Source: an uncultured Prevotella sp.
Lineage (GTDB): Bacteria; Bacteroidota; Bacteroidia; Bacteroidales; Bacteroidaceae
Direction of reading: 5' to 3'
Length of the DNA: 64,000 nucleotides
NCBI GenBank assembly: GCA_947169185.1
Contig: CAMVOS010000002.1
Span: forward strand, 14,080-78,079
The notes beneath the pieces were generated by a model that did not search any database, had not been told where the DNA came from, and saw nothing but the letters and a program-made list of their open reading frames with translations. Position numbers and translations under genes: made by a program. Numbering within the stretch: position 1 is the first letter of the stretch; every line of letters starts with the position of its first letter. This document shows positions 28,092 to 38,027 of the stretch, piece after piece.

Positions 28092-30101
28092 ATGAAAGCT
28101 CTCATATTAAATTCCGGTCTTGGCCACAGAATGGGTGTGTTAACAAAGGAGCACCCCAAATGCATGACAGAGATTTCGTTTAAGGAAACTATTTTGAGTC
28201 GACAACTCAGAATGCTAGTCTCCTTTGGAGTCGAAGAGGTTGTAATGACCACAGGTTATTATGACAAAGTCCTGGTGGACTATTGTGACGCTCTGCATCT
28301 GCCTCTTAAGTTCACCTTCGTCAACAACCCGCTTTACGACAAGACCAACTACATATATAGCATCTGCTGTGCTAAAGATGTACTGAGGGATGATGACATC
28401 ATCCTGATGCATGGTGACCTGGTCTTCGAGAGCCTGGTGATGGAGGCTGTCATTGACAGTCCAGTAAGCTGTATGGCTACCAGCAGCACGCTTCCTCTGC
28501 CCGAGAAGGACTTCAAAGCAGTCATCAAAGATGGCAAAATTGAAAAGGTGGGCATTGAGTTCTTCGACAATGCTATGGCTGCACAACCTCTTTACAAGAT
28601 TCTTAAAGAAGACTGGCTGGTATGGCTCCAGAACATTGAGAAGTTCTGCGAAAACGACAACCGCAAGGTGTATGCAGAGAACGCTTTCAACGAGGTGTCT
28701 GACAAGTGCAAAATCTATCCTTGCGATGTGAAGAATATGCTCTGTGCAGAGATTGACACTCCCGAGGATTTAGAAGTAGTCAGCAAGAAGGTGGCTGAAA
28801 TCAACGAGCGCACAGTTTATATGTGCTTCAGCACGGAGTATATCCACTCTGGTCACATGGCAATCATTAACAAGGCTCGTCGTCTTGGCCGTCTGATTGT
28901 GGGCGTTCTCTCTGATGAAGCTATCAGCAGTTTCAAGCGCTACCCGCTGATTCCTTACGAGGAGCGCAAGGCTCTGTTTGAGAATCTGGCTGGTGTAGAG
29001 CGTGTGGTTGAGCAGAAGACGCTCTCTTATAAAGAAAACCTTGAAGCCTTGCGTCCTGACTATGTGGTTCATGGCAATGACTGGTGTGAAGGCTTCCAGA
29101 AGCCCATTCGTCAGGAAGTTTGCGAAGTCCTTGCTGAATATGGTGGCAAACTTGTTGAGTATCCTTACAGCAACAATCCAATGTATAAGGAGTTGGATGC
29201 TAACCATCGTGCAGAAGCCAGTATGCCGGATGTCCGTCGTGGCCGTTTGCGCAAGCTTATCAATATGAAGGGCCTTGTAACAGCTATGGAAGCCCACAGC
29301 GGTATCACTGGACTGATTGTAGAGAATACCAAGGTGCTCCAGGATGGCAAGACCTATCAGTTTGATGCCATGTGGGTAAGCTCTCTTTGCGACTCAACTG
29401 CAAAGGGTAAACCCGACATTGAACTGGTGGATATGACCAGCCGCTTCCGCACCATTGATGACATCATGGAGGTGACCACCAAGCCTATCATCTTTGATGG
29501 TGATACCGGTGGTTTGACCGAACACTTTGTTTATACCGTCCGTTCTTTGGAGCGTATGGGTGTAAGCATGGTGATTATTGAGGACAAGACCGGATTGAAG
29601 AAAAACTCTTTGTTTGGAACAGAGGTAAAGCAGACCCAGGCTGCTATTCCCGATTTCTGTGAGAAGATTCGTGCAGGTAAGAAAGCCCAGAAGACCAAGG
29701 AGTTTATGATTTGCGCCCGTATTGAGTCTCTGATTCTGGAACAGGGTATGGAAGATGCTTTGGAACGTGCATTTGCGTTCAGTGAGGCTGGTGCTGATGC
29801 CATTATGATTCACAGCCGCAAGAAAGATCCGGCAGAAATCTTTGAGTTTGTAGCCAAGTTCCGTGAGAAGAACAGCACTACTCCTATTGTGGTTGTGCCT
29901 ACCAGCTTCAATACCGTTACCGAGCAGGAATTCAAGGATAGGGGAGTGAATGTGGTGATTTATGCCAACCAGCTCACCCGTACCGGTTTCCCTGCCATGC
30001 AGGATGCCGCCCGTACCATTCTGGAAAATCATCGTGCTAAAGAGTGCGATGACAAGTGCATGAGCATTAAAGAGATTATTACTCTCATTCCCGAACAATA
30101 A
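28092..30101 (+). CDS. pepM: Trifunctional NTP-transferase / HxGH cytidylyltransferase / phosphoenolpyruvate mutase
   Basis: N-terminal LNSGLGHRM...PKC...EIDTPED (LicC/PntC-like); middle YIHSGH...VVHGNDW; C-terminal PEP mutase signature EDKTGLKKNS with EAHSG and DGDTG. Confidence 0.95.
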   Translation: MKALILNSGLGHRMGVLTKEHPKCMTEISFKETILSRQLRMLVSFGVEEVVMTTGYYDKVLVDYCDALHLPLKFTFVNNPLYDKTNYIYSICCAKDVLRDDDIILMHGDLVFESLVMEAVIDSPVSCMATSSTLPLPEKDFKAVIKDGKIEKVGIEFFDNAMAAQPLYKILKEDWLVWLQNIEKFCENDNRKVYAENAFNEVSDKCKIYPCDVKNMLCAEIDTPEDLEVVSKKVAEINERTVYMCFSTEYIHSGHMAIINKARRLGRLIVGVLSDEAISSFKRYPLIPYEERKALFENLAGVERVVEQKTLSYKENLEALRPDYVVHGNDWCEGFQKPIRQEVCEVLAEYGGKLVEYPYSNNPMYKELDANHRAEASMPDVRRGRLRKLINMKGLVTAMEAHSGITGLIVENTKVLQDGKTYQFDAMWVSSLCDSTAKGKPDIELVDMTSRFRTIDDIMEVTTKPIIFDGDTGGLTEHFVYTVRSLERMGVSMVIIEDKTGLKKNSLFGTEVKQTQAAIPDFCEKIRAGKKAQKTKEFMICARIESLILEQGMEDALERAFAFSEAGADAIMIHSRKKDPAEIFEFVAKFREKNSTTPIVVVPTSFNTVTEQEFKDRGVNVVIYANQLTRTGFPAMQDAARTILENHRAKECDDKCMSIKEIITLIPEQ

Positions 30102-30117
30102 TAGAAAGGACACGAAT

Positions 30118-31254
30118 ATGATTAGACCTGAATTCTTTATAGAAAAACTGAGAGAGAACGGCATCGACTGCTTTGCAGGTGTGCCCGACAGTCTGCTGAA
30201 GAACATCTGTGCATACATCACTGACCATTTTGATGCTCAGCACAACGTCATTGCTGCCAACGAAGGTGCTGCAGTAGGTCTTGCTGTCGGTCACTATCTG
30301 GCAACTGGCCAGCCAGCCTGTGTGTATATGCAGAACAGTGGCGAGGGTAATATTATCAACCCTCTTGCCTCTCTCACTGATCCAGAGGTATATAATATTC
30401 CTGTACTGCTTTTGATAGGTTGGCGTGGACGTCCAGGAGTTCACGATGAGCCCCAGCACGTCAAGCAGGGAAAGGTGACTACTGGTCTGCTGAACACAAT
30501 GGGTATCAACTTCGATGTGTTGAGCAAGGAAGAAGATAAGGCAGAGAAGCAGATTGACAAGGCAGTTGCAGCCCTTAAGAATAAGGATGTATACGCTCTG
30601 GTGATTGAGAAGGATACCTTTGAGGATTACAAGCTTCAGAACGTAGAGAAGAACGACCTTACTATGAGTCGTGAAGAGGCTATTCAGACAGTTGCTGCTG
30701 CCCTTGGTGAGAAGGATTGTATTGTCTCTACCACTGGTATGATTAGCCGTGAGCTCTTCGAATATCGTGCTGCTATGAACCAGGGACATGAACGTGATTT
30801 CCTAACCGTTGGTTCTATGGGCCACGCCTCTCAGATTGCTTTGGGTATCGCTATGGCCAAGCCCGACCGTACTGTTTGGTGCTTTGACGGAGATGGTGCT
30901 GCCATCATGCACATGGGCTCAATGGCTATTGTGGCTAACAAAGCGCCCAAGAACTATGTCCATGTTGTGTTTAATAATGGTGCTCATGATTCTGTAGGTG
31001 GCCAGCCCACCGTTGGTTTGAAGATTGATCTGCCTGCTGTTGCTAAGGCTGTCGGTTATAAGGCTGCAATTACAGTGGCAAGTAAAGATGAGTTAGAAAA
31101 AGAACTCTCAACTCTCACCTCTCACCTCTCATCTTTAGGAGGACCAGTCCTTCTGGAGGTTAAGGTAAAGAAGGGCAACCGCAAAGACCTCGGTCGCCCG
31201 ACAACAACTCCTATTCAGAACAAAGATGCCCTAATGACCTTTTTAGAGAAGTAA
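30118..31254 (+). CDS. aepY: Phosphonopyruvate decarboxylase
   Basis: Motifs FAGVPDSLLK, NEGAAVG, MQNSGEGN, DEPQH, VGSMGH, GDGAAIMHMG and LGRP; adjacent to pepM. Confidence 0.95.
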   Translation: MIRPEFFIEKLRENGIDCFAGVPDSLLKNICAYITDHFDAQHNVIAANEGAAVGLAVGHYLATGQPACVYMQNSGEGNIINPLASLTDPEVYNIPVLLLIGWRGRPGVHDEPQHVKQGKVTTGLLNTMGINFDVLSKEEDKAEKQIDKAVAALKNKDVYALVIEKDTFEDYKLQNVEKNDLTMSREEAIQTVAAALGEKDCIVSTTGMISRELFEYRAAMNQGHERDFLTVGSMGHASQIALGIAMAKPDRTVWCFDGDGAAIMHMGSMAIVANKAPKNYVHVVFNNGAHDSVGGQPTVGLKIDLPAVAKAVGYKAAITVASKDELEKELSTLTSHLSSLGGPVLLEVKVKKGNRKDLGRPTTTPIQNKDALMTFLEK

Positions 31255-31258
31255 TCCT

Positions 31259-32395
31259 ATGCAACAAATCATAAATGGAATTGATAAGCTTTCTGACATC
31301 CTGCAAGAAGTAGGATGCCGGAAGCTGTTCCTGGTCATTGACTCTTCATATCCTTTTTTGAATATCAAGGATGCGATAGAGGCATTGCCAGTAGAGGATA
31401 AGGTGAAGTTCTCAGACTTTACTCCGAACCCTCTTTATGAACAAGTGTGTAATGGTATTGAACTGCTAAAATCTTCTCAATGTGATACTATTCTTGCCGT
31501 TGGTGGCGGCAGTGCCATTGATGTGGCCAAGTGTATTAAACTGGCTATATTGGCCAAAGAAGGTAATGCAGCCATTATTCCTCCTCTGGTTTCTCAGAGA
31601 TTGCCAATTGATGGCGCTAAGATTCCGTTCATTGCTATTCCTACAACCGCTGGTACCGGTAGCGAGTCCACTCATAATGCAGTGATGTATTATGAGGGGG
31701 CAAAACAGACTGTTACCAATGATGGTGTGCTGCCTGATTATGCAGTTCTAGAACCTTCTGTATTAAAGACGCTTCCCCTGTACCAGAAGAAGTGCACTAT
31801 GATGGATGCCCTATGTCAGGGTATTGAGTCTTGGTGGAGTGTAAACTCTACAGAAGAGAGCTATGAGTATAGCCGTAAGACGGTTGAACTCATTATGGCT
31901 AACTGGCGGAAGTACATCTTTGACAATGATGATGAGGCTGCTGCTCAAATGATGTTGGCTGCTAACTACGGCGGGAGAGCTATCAATATTACTCAGACTA
32001 CAGCCGCCCATGCTATGAGTTATAAGATAACTTCGCTTTACGGATTGCCTCATGGACATGCCGTAGCAGTTTGTTTGCCTGAGATATGGCAATATATGAT
32101 GAGTCACATGAATCTATGTAAAGACAGTCGTGGTGCATCTTATCTGTCCGCAGTCTTTGGTGACATCTCCAGAGCGATGGGCTGCCAAACGATTGCAGAG
32201 ACCATCAGTTCGTTTAGGCAGATGATGGCTGAGATGGAGTTAGAAAAACCTGTCTCTTCGGATTTTGATGCAGATATCCGACTGTTGGCAAACTCTGTGA
32301 ATCAAGTCAGACTAAAGAATAATCCTGTAGAACTGGATTCACAGGGCATAAATACGATTTATACAATTATTGTCAGAAACAATCAATATGAGTAG
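31259..32395 (+). CDS. Phosphonoacetaldehyde reductase (group III Fe-dependent alcohol dehydrogenase)
   Basis: Motifs GGGSAIDVAK, PTTAGTGSE and HAMSY...HGHAV; follows pepM and ppd. Confidence 0.88.
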   Translation: MQQIINGIDKLSDILQEVGCRKLFLVIDSSYPFLNIKDAIEALPVEDKVKFSDFTPNPLYEQVCNGIELLKSSQCDTILAVGGGSAIDVAKCIKLAILAKEGNAAIIPPLVSQRLPIDGAKIPFIAIPTTAGTGSESTHNAVMYYEGAKQTVTNDGVLPDYAVLEPSVLKTLPLYQKKCTMMDALCQGIESWWSVNSTEESYEYSRKTVELIMANWRKYIFDNDDEAAAQMMLAANYGGRAINITQTTAAHAMSYKITSLYGLPHGHAVAVCLPEIWQYMMSHMNLCKDSRGASYLSAVFGDISRAMGCQTIAETISSFRQMMAEMELEKPVSSDFDADIRLLANSVNQVRLKNNPVELDSQGINTIYTIIVRNNQYE

Positions 32396-33242
32396 AGCAG
32401 TCACCTATAAAGAGAAATTGATAGAAACATTCTATGCCTTTGATCAATTTTGTGCAGAGAATGATATCAAGTATTATGCTGCCTATGGGACACTTATTGG
32501 TGCTGTTCGTCATCAGGGATTAATACCTTGGGATGATGATATTGATGTATGGATGCTTCCCGATGACTATGAAAAAGTAATGTCGTATAAGGGAGCTATC
32601 AACGGCCATTACGATATAGTTACTGATACAGACAAGAACTATTGGCTATATTCCTTGATCAAATTCGTGGATACTGACACCACCCTATGGGAAGCTGAGG
32701 AGTTTCCCTGTGTTACAGGTGTTTATATTGATATCTTTCCTTTAATGGAATGTGATGAAAAGGATGCAAAAAACAACAGGGAAGAATATGATGACATTTC
32801 AAGTAAACTGACACGTTCTTTAAAGCATCATTCAATTGGAAGGGTATTAAGACTGTATCTTACGGGGCATGCTCATGAAGGGAAACTGATGCTGAAAGAT
32901 TTCTTCTATAGCACATTCAGATATAAGTCTAATCGCAAAAAGTATGATGAGCTGGTAAAACGCCTAAAGAGCCAGAAAGGAGATTTCTATGTCTCTTACG
33001 ATGGTGCTTACTATGAAAAGGAAGTGTTCCCTAAGGAGTGGTTTAAAGAGACAGCATCATTAGAGTTTGAAGGTGCACAGATTCCTGTACCAATAGCTTA
33101 TGATCTGGTTTTGAAAAGACTATATGGCGATTATATGCAATTGCCTCCTGAAGAAAAAAGAGTTTCTCATCACTCCCACTTTTTTGAAGATATGGACAGG
33201 AGATGGACGATTAAGGAAATCCGTAAAATTCTTAAGAAGTAA
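32388..33242 (+). CDS. LicD family phospho(no)transferase
   Basis: Motifs YGTLIGAVRHQGLIPWDDDIDV, IDIFPL and YGDYMQLPP. Start at MSRAV overlaps the upstream stop. Confidence 0.93.
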   Translation: MSRAVTYKEKLIETFYAFDQFCAENDIKYYAAYGTLIGAVRHQGLIPWDDDIDVWMLPDDYEKVMSYKGAINGHYDIVTDTDKNYWLYSLIKFVDTDTTLWEAEEFPCVTGVYIDIFPLMECDEKDAKNNREEYDDISSKLTRSLKHHSIGRVLRLYLTGHAHEGKLMLKDFFYSTFRYKSNRKKYDELVKRLKSQKGDFYVSYDGAYYEKEVFPKEWFKETASLEFEGAQIPVPIAYDLVLKRLYGDYMQLPPEEKRVSHHSHFFEDMDRRWTIKEIRKILKK

Positions 33243-33265
33243 TAACAGCCAAAGTTGTTGGTAAC

Positions 33266-34294
33266 ATGGTCAAGAACAAGGAGCGTGAATCAAATTTTGA
33301 ATTGCTGCGAATCATTCTAATGGTAATGATTCTCTTTCTTCATGCAGATTTCTTAGCCACGGGTGCACCATCTAGAGCAGACTTCGCCGCCTCACCAGTC
33401 GAGAGCTTCGGCAAAAATTTGATAGAGGCATTGACGATTATTGCCGTCAATGCGTTTGTTCTGCTCTCAGGATGGTTTGGACTGAGACCGAAGCTATCAC
33501 GATTCTTTGAATTGGTTTTTCAAGTGGTTTTCATCAACGTATTATGTGTTGTGACATTGGAATTCATGGGAGAAGATATCTCTGTCGACGATGCTATTAG
33601 GGATATTTTCATGGTTGACAATGCCCAGTGGTTTGTAAAGACCTATCTGCTGTTGTACCTCATATCGCCAGTGCTAAACAAATTTGTGGAACACGCCACA
33701 AAAAAAGAATACAAAATACTCCTCATCACCTATTTGTGTTTTCAGAGCATTTACGGATGGTATTTTAAGACTGTCGAAGAACTTATCTATGGCTATTCCC
33801 TCTCGTCGTTTATCATTATATATCTTATAGGGAGGTATCTCCGTATTCATGCCGAAGAATGGAGGAATAGATTGTCGAGAGCAATATGCTGGGGAGGATA
33901 TTTCCTATTGTCGCTCATGATTAGTGGCATAGCCAGTAGCAGACTTCATATTGAAGGTGATGCCTATTCCTACACTTCACCTCTGGTGCTTCTGTCGAGT
34001 GTGGCATTTGTGTTGGCGTTCTCAAAGATGAAGTTTTCAAGTAGATCAATCAACTGGATAGCTCAATCGTGTCTGGCTGTTTATCTGCTTCATATGAATA
34101 AATTCGTGGCACCACATTTTCTGAAGATACTTTCTGATATGTACAAGGACTACGGTTTTGTGCATTATTGGGGATTGGTTGCAGGAATAAGTCTTGGCAT
34201 TTTCTTTGTTGCAGTCATTGTTGACAAGGCTCGTATTATTGTTTGGAACGCATTATGGAAACGAATAGAAAGGAAATGGTTGATATCTCAGTAG
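33266..34294 (+). CDS. Acyltransferase family 3 (membrane O-acyltransferase)
   Basis: Motifs RESNFELLRI, H in TM1, VNAFVLLSGWF, WFV and VYLLH. Confidence 0.88.
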   Translation: MVKNKERESNFELLRIILMVMILFLHADFLATGAPSRADFAASPVESFGKNLIEALTIIAVNAFVLLSGWFGLRPKLSRFFELVFQVVFINVLCVVTLEFMGEDISVDDAIRDIFMVDNAQWFVKTYLLLYLISPVLNKFVEHATKKEYKILLITYLCFQSIYGWYFKTVEELIYGYSLSSFIIIYLIGRYLRIHAEEWRNRLSRAICWGGYFLLSLMISGIASSRLHIEGDAYSYTSPLVLLSSVAFVLAFSKMKFSSRSINWIAQSCLAVYLLHMNKFVAPHFLKILSDMYKDYGFVHYWGLVAGISLGIFFVAVIVDKARIIVWNALWKRIERKWLISQ

Positions 34295-35202
34295 TTATAC
34301 CTCTATATAACAAGGCAGACTATATCGGTAGGACAATAGATTCGTTGTTAAAACAGACCTATGACAATTACGAGGTGGTTGTTGTTGATGATGGGTCGTC
34401 AGATGATAGCGTTGCTATCGTGAAGGCTTTTCGGTCAGACAAGATTCGGCTTATACAAAAGGAGAATGGAGGACCTTCTTCAGCAAGAAATAAAGGCATA
34501 CAAGAGGCTAAAGGCCAATGGATTGTGTTGTTGGATGCAGATGACATCTTACTGCCTCATGCGCTAACCTGTTTTGCCAAGATGCAGCAAAGCCATCCAC
34601 ATTGCAAATACTTTGTAGGAAACTTCTATGATATGTTTAGTAACCAAGACATCCGCTTGGGATCATATAGGAAAATAAACAGAGTTCTTAAGAATGGCTT
34701 CTACTACGAGGCGACGAGAGAATTGACTGAAACCTCTGGAACTGCCATGTTTGAGAAATCCCTACTGCTGGAAGAACCGTTTAATGAGCATCTCTATAGA
34801 TATGAGGATGCTGAACGACAATACCGACTCATGAGAAAATATCAGATCTATATGTTCTCTACCCCTGTAGCTGTTGTTGACAGGAGTGCTGCATGTGCAT
34901 CAAAACCACGCAAGCGAATAGAAGAGGATTTCATAGGTAGTTTAGTTTTTCAGGGCAAGTCGTTCTGGGAACAGATGGCATTGTATCTGCTGGCTCTGGA
35001 ATGCAGAAACTCCTACCCAGAAGAAGCGGAGAGACTGTACGGCGAGATTTATGGTCGCAGAGATTTGAAAATGGCATTGAAATGGGTGAACTGGAATCAG
35101 AAGATGTTTAAAAAGTATATACGTCATACACGGAAACGGAAGATATACACGCTGGATGATCTTTTAAGCAACCCATATCAGAAGGAAGAAAACAGGTTAT
35201 AA
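34276..35202 (+). CDS. Glycosyltransferase family 2
   Basis: Motifs SVVIPLYNK, VDDGSSD, NGGPSSARN and LLDADD. Confidence 0.92.
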   Translation: MVDISVVIPLYNKADYIGRTIDSLLKQTYDNYEVVVVDDGSSDDSVAIVKAFRSDKIRLIQKENGGPSSARNKGIQEAKGQWIVLLDADDILLPHALTCFAKMQQSHPHCKYFVGNFYDMFSNQDIRLGSYRKINRVLKNGFYYEATRELTETSGTAMFEKSLLLEEPFNEHLYRYEDAERQYRLMRKYQIYMFSTPVAVVDRSAACASKPRKRIEEDFIGSLVFQGKSFWEQMALYLLALECRNSYPEEAERLYGEIYGRRDLKMALKWVNWNQKMFKKYIRHTRKRKIYTLDDLLSNPYQKEENRL

Positions 35203-35207
35203 GCAAA

Positions 35208-36116
35208 ATGAATAGAATAGAAGAATGCAGAATCATTGAACTGCCTAAAATAGCAGATGCCAGAGGCAACCTCTCTATCATTGAGCAGTTCAAGCATGTA
35301 CCCTTTGAGATTCGCAGGGTACACTGGATATATGACGTGCCTGGAGGTCTGAACAGAGGTGGTCATGCCTATAGGAATACTGAGGAGTATATTGTGGCGT
35401 TGTCTGGTAGTTTCGACGTGGAGATAGATAACGGGTCGGAGAAAAAGACTTATGCGCTGAATAGGTCGTACTATGGGTTGTATGTACCAAAGGGCATGTG
35501 GCGCACGATGACCAATTTCTCTACGAATTCGCTGGCGTTGGTGCTGTCGTCGACCGATTATGACGAGCACGACTATATCATGGACTACAACGAATACAGG
35601 TTGTGGCGCAAGAATCCGTCGACAACGCTGCTGTCGACGGAGAACAAGACCTCCACAAAGGTCAACGACCCTGTTGTAAAGGCCATGATGGCAGAGGGCA
35701 AAAGCGTGTTTGACTGTTCGTTGTGTGAGCTCAATAAGATGCATGATGCTGAGGGCAACCTGACTTATATATATCAGAATGTCCATGTGCCATTTCCCAT
35801 CAATAGAGTGTTTTACAGCTACGACATTCCTGGCGGTGAAGATCGTGGCGCACATGCCCACAAGAAGTGCCATCAGTTTATCATAGCTGCCTCAGGAGCT
35901 TTTGAGGTGGTGCTTGACGATGGCGTCAATAAAAGGACAGTGACTTTGAACCGTCCATTCTGGGGACTGCATGTGCCACCAGGCGTTTGGGCCTCAGAGC
36001 AAGGCTTTTCTTCTGGCAGTATCTGTCTGGTGCTTGCCAGTCATGATTATATAGAGGATGATTATATTCGCAACTATGATGACTATTTAGAGTATCTGAA
36101 AGAACAAAGACATTGA
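35208..36116 (+). CDS. Tandem FdtA/QdtA-like (WxcM) cupin dTDP-sugar 3,4-ketoisomerase
   Basis: Two repeats of [RE]GNL...PF.I.RV...RGxHA[YH]...[LA]SG.F.V...LVL.S. Confidence 0.88.
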   Translation: MNRIEECRIIELPKIADARGNLSIIEQFKHVPFEIRRVHWIYDVPGGLNRGGHAYRNTEEYIVALSGSFDVEIDNGSEKKTYALNRSYYGLYVPKGMWRTMTNFSTNSLALVLSSTDYDEHDYIMDYNEYRLWRKNPSTTLLSTENKTSTKVNDPVVKAMMAEGKSVFDCSLCELNKMHDAEGNLTYIYQNVHVPFPINRVFYSYDIPGGEDRGAHAHKKCHQFIIAASGAFEVVLDDGVNKRTVTLNRPFWGLHVPPGVWASEQGFSSGSICLVLASHDYIEDDYIRNYDDYLEYLKEQRH

Positions 36117-36120
36117 AAAT

Positions 36121-37227
36121 ATGGTGAAGCTATTAGACCTTCAGAAGATAACGGCTCAACATCGTGAGGAGTACGATGCTGCTATTCGTCGGGTGATGGA
36201 TGCAGGATGGTTCCTGCAGGGCAAAGAGAACCAGCAGTTTGAAGCCGACTATTCCCAATATATAGGAACGAAGCACTGTGTGGCTGTTGCAAATGGACTG
36301 GATGCGCTGAAACTTATCATTCTGGGCTATAAGAAGTTAGGCGTGTTTCATGATGGTGATGAGATCATCGTCCCTGCCAATACGTATATTGCCACCATCT
36401 TGGCTATCACCGACAACAATCTGACACCAGTGCTTGTTGAACCGACATGGGAACATCTAGAGATAGACACCAATAGGATAGAAGAGGCAATTACCGATAG
36501 GACGCGTGGCATAATGATAGTGCATCTCTATGGACGCATCGCCTATGATGATAGGTTAGATGATATCTGCAAGAAGCATGGGCTGATACTGATGGAGGAC
36601 TGTGCACAGAGCCACGGATGTATGTGGAAGGGTAGAAAGACGGGTTCCCTGGGACATTCCGCTGCACACAGTTTCTATCCGGGCAAGAACCTTGGTGCCT
36701 TGGGTGATGCCGGTGCCGTGACAACAGACGACGAGGAGTTAGCCTCAGTGATCAGAGCACTGGCCAACTATGGCAGTCAGAAGAAGTATGTGTTCAAATA
36801 TGTGGGTATGAACAGTCGCATGTCTGAAATCGATGCTGCCGTGCTGGATATCAAGCTAAAGTATCTGGACGAAGACAATGGCAATCGCCAACAGTTGGCC
36901 GCCTACTATTATGCCCATATCAGTAACCCACTGATAACATTGCCCCAGCGTATTGACGACGAGAATAACGTCTATCACCAGTTCCCCATCTTCTGTGAGC
37001 GACGGGACGAACTGCAGGCATTCCTTGCTGAGCATGGCATACAGACGCTGATACATTATCCCATTCCGCCACACAAACAGGAGTGTTATAGGGAGTGGAA
37101 CAGCCGTTCGTATCCCATAACAGAGAAGATACATCAGCAGGAATTGTCGATTCCAATGAATCAGGTGGTCACGATGGAAGATGCTAAGGTTGTTGCAGAC
37201 TGCTTGAACGCTTTTGCAGCCATTTAG
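36121..37227 (+). CDS. DegT/DnrJ family sugar aminotransferase (FdtB/QdtB-like)
   Basis: Motifs VANGLDAL, EDCAQSHG and SFYPGKNLGALGDAG. Confidence 0.92.
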   Translation: MVKLLDLQKITAQHREEYDAAIRRVMDAGWFLQGKENQQFEADYSQYIGTKHCVAVANGLDALKLIILGYKKLGVFHDGDEIIVPANTYIATILAITDNNLTPVLVEPTWEHLEIDTNRIEEAITDRTRGIMIVHLYGRIAYDDRLDDICKKHGLILMEDCAQSHGCMWKGRKTGSLGHSAAHSFYPGKNLGALGDAGAVTTDDEELASVIRALANYGSQKKYVFKYVGMNSRMSEIDAAVLDIKLKYLDEDNGNRQQLAAYYYAHISNPLITLPQRIDDENNVYHQFPIFCERRDELQAFLAEHGIQTLIHYPIPPHKQECYREWNSRSYPITEKIHQQELSIPMNQVVTMEDAKVVADCLNAFAAI

Positions 37228-38017
37228 CGACTTTCACCACGCGTTTGGCTATTTTGCGTAGTAGTTCATACCCCTTGTGCCAATGCTTGTCTAGATAGAC
37301 GGCATATTTGACGAGTGGGAGTTCGTAAGCACTATTATAAGAGTGGATAAATTTCTGCATATATGGCGTGAAGAGTTCTTGTATAACCTCTTCACGCTCC
37401 ATGGCAATCTTTTGAGGATGAGTGCTACTAATTCCAGAGATGTCGTAATAGGCTATGTCAAGGTCGAGAAATGCATAACTACGTTGCTCTAAGATAAGTG
37501 TCTCAATCCAGAATTTCCAGTCAGACACAATCTTGTATTTCTCGTCATAGGGGTGACTAACAAGGAGTTCACGTTTGATAAATGTACCTTGATGACTTAA
37601 TGTGTCAGAAAAAAGATGCACGTACAGGTCTTCGTATACATCTTTGTGTCGTTTGTTATTGTCAGTCCTTACGACATGACCTTCTATGACATCTGGACAT
37701 AAGCGACTATCGTAGACATGCTGTAATACATCGTTATTGAAGAAGTAGTCTCCGGCATTCATGAAGTTGACGTATTTACCGGTAGCATGGGCAATGCCTT
37801 TGTTCATTGCATTATAGATGCCTTTGTCAGGTTCTGAGCACCACCAGGAAATTTGGCCGTCATACTGAGCTATTATCTCCTTGGTTCCATCAGTGGAGCC
37901 CCCATCAACTACGATGAGTTCAAAATCTTTGAAAGTTTGGTTAACTATTGAGTCGAGCGTATGCTTGATGCTCGCAACCTCATTATAGCTGACTGTTATG
38001 ATGGAAAAAATGGGCAT
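37184..38017 (-). CDS. Glycosyltransferase family 2 (WcaE-like)
   Basis: Motifs SIITVSYN, DGGSTDGT, EPDKGIYNAMNKG and MNAGD. Confidence 0.92.
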   Translation of the reverse strand: MPIFSIITVSYNEVASIKHTLDSIVNQTFKDFELIVVDGGSTDGTKEIIAQYDGQISWWCSEPDKGIYNAMNKGIAHATGKYVNFMNAGDYFFNNDVLQHVYDSRLCPDVIEGHVVRTDNNKRHKDVYEDLYVHLFSDTLSHQGTFIKRELLVSHPYDEKYKIVSDWKFWIETLILEQRSYAFLDLDIAYYDISGISSTHPQKIAMEREEVIQELFTPYMQKFIHSYNSAYELPLVKYAVYLDKHWHKGYELLRKIAKRVVKVAKWLQKRSSSLQQP

Positions 38018-38027
38018 AGAAATAATT

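Noticed and set aside
28092-33242. Phosphonate antibiotic biosynthetic cluster
   Set aside because: No NRPS, ATP-grasp, tailoring, resistance or dedicated export genes; the cytidylyltransferase, LicD and glycosyltransferase context points to a cell-surface phosphonoglycan.
37184-37227. 44-bp convergent overlap of the aminotransferase and GT2 genes as a regulatory device
   Set aside because: Short 3' overlaps are common in compact loci, and nothing else supports a function.
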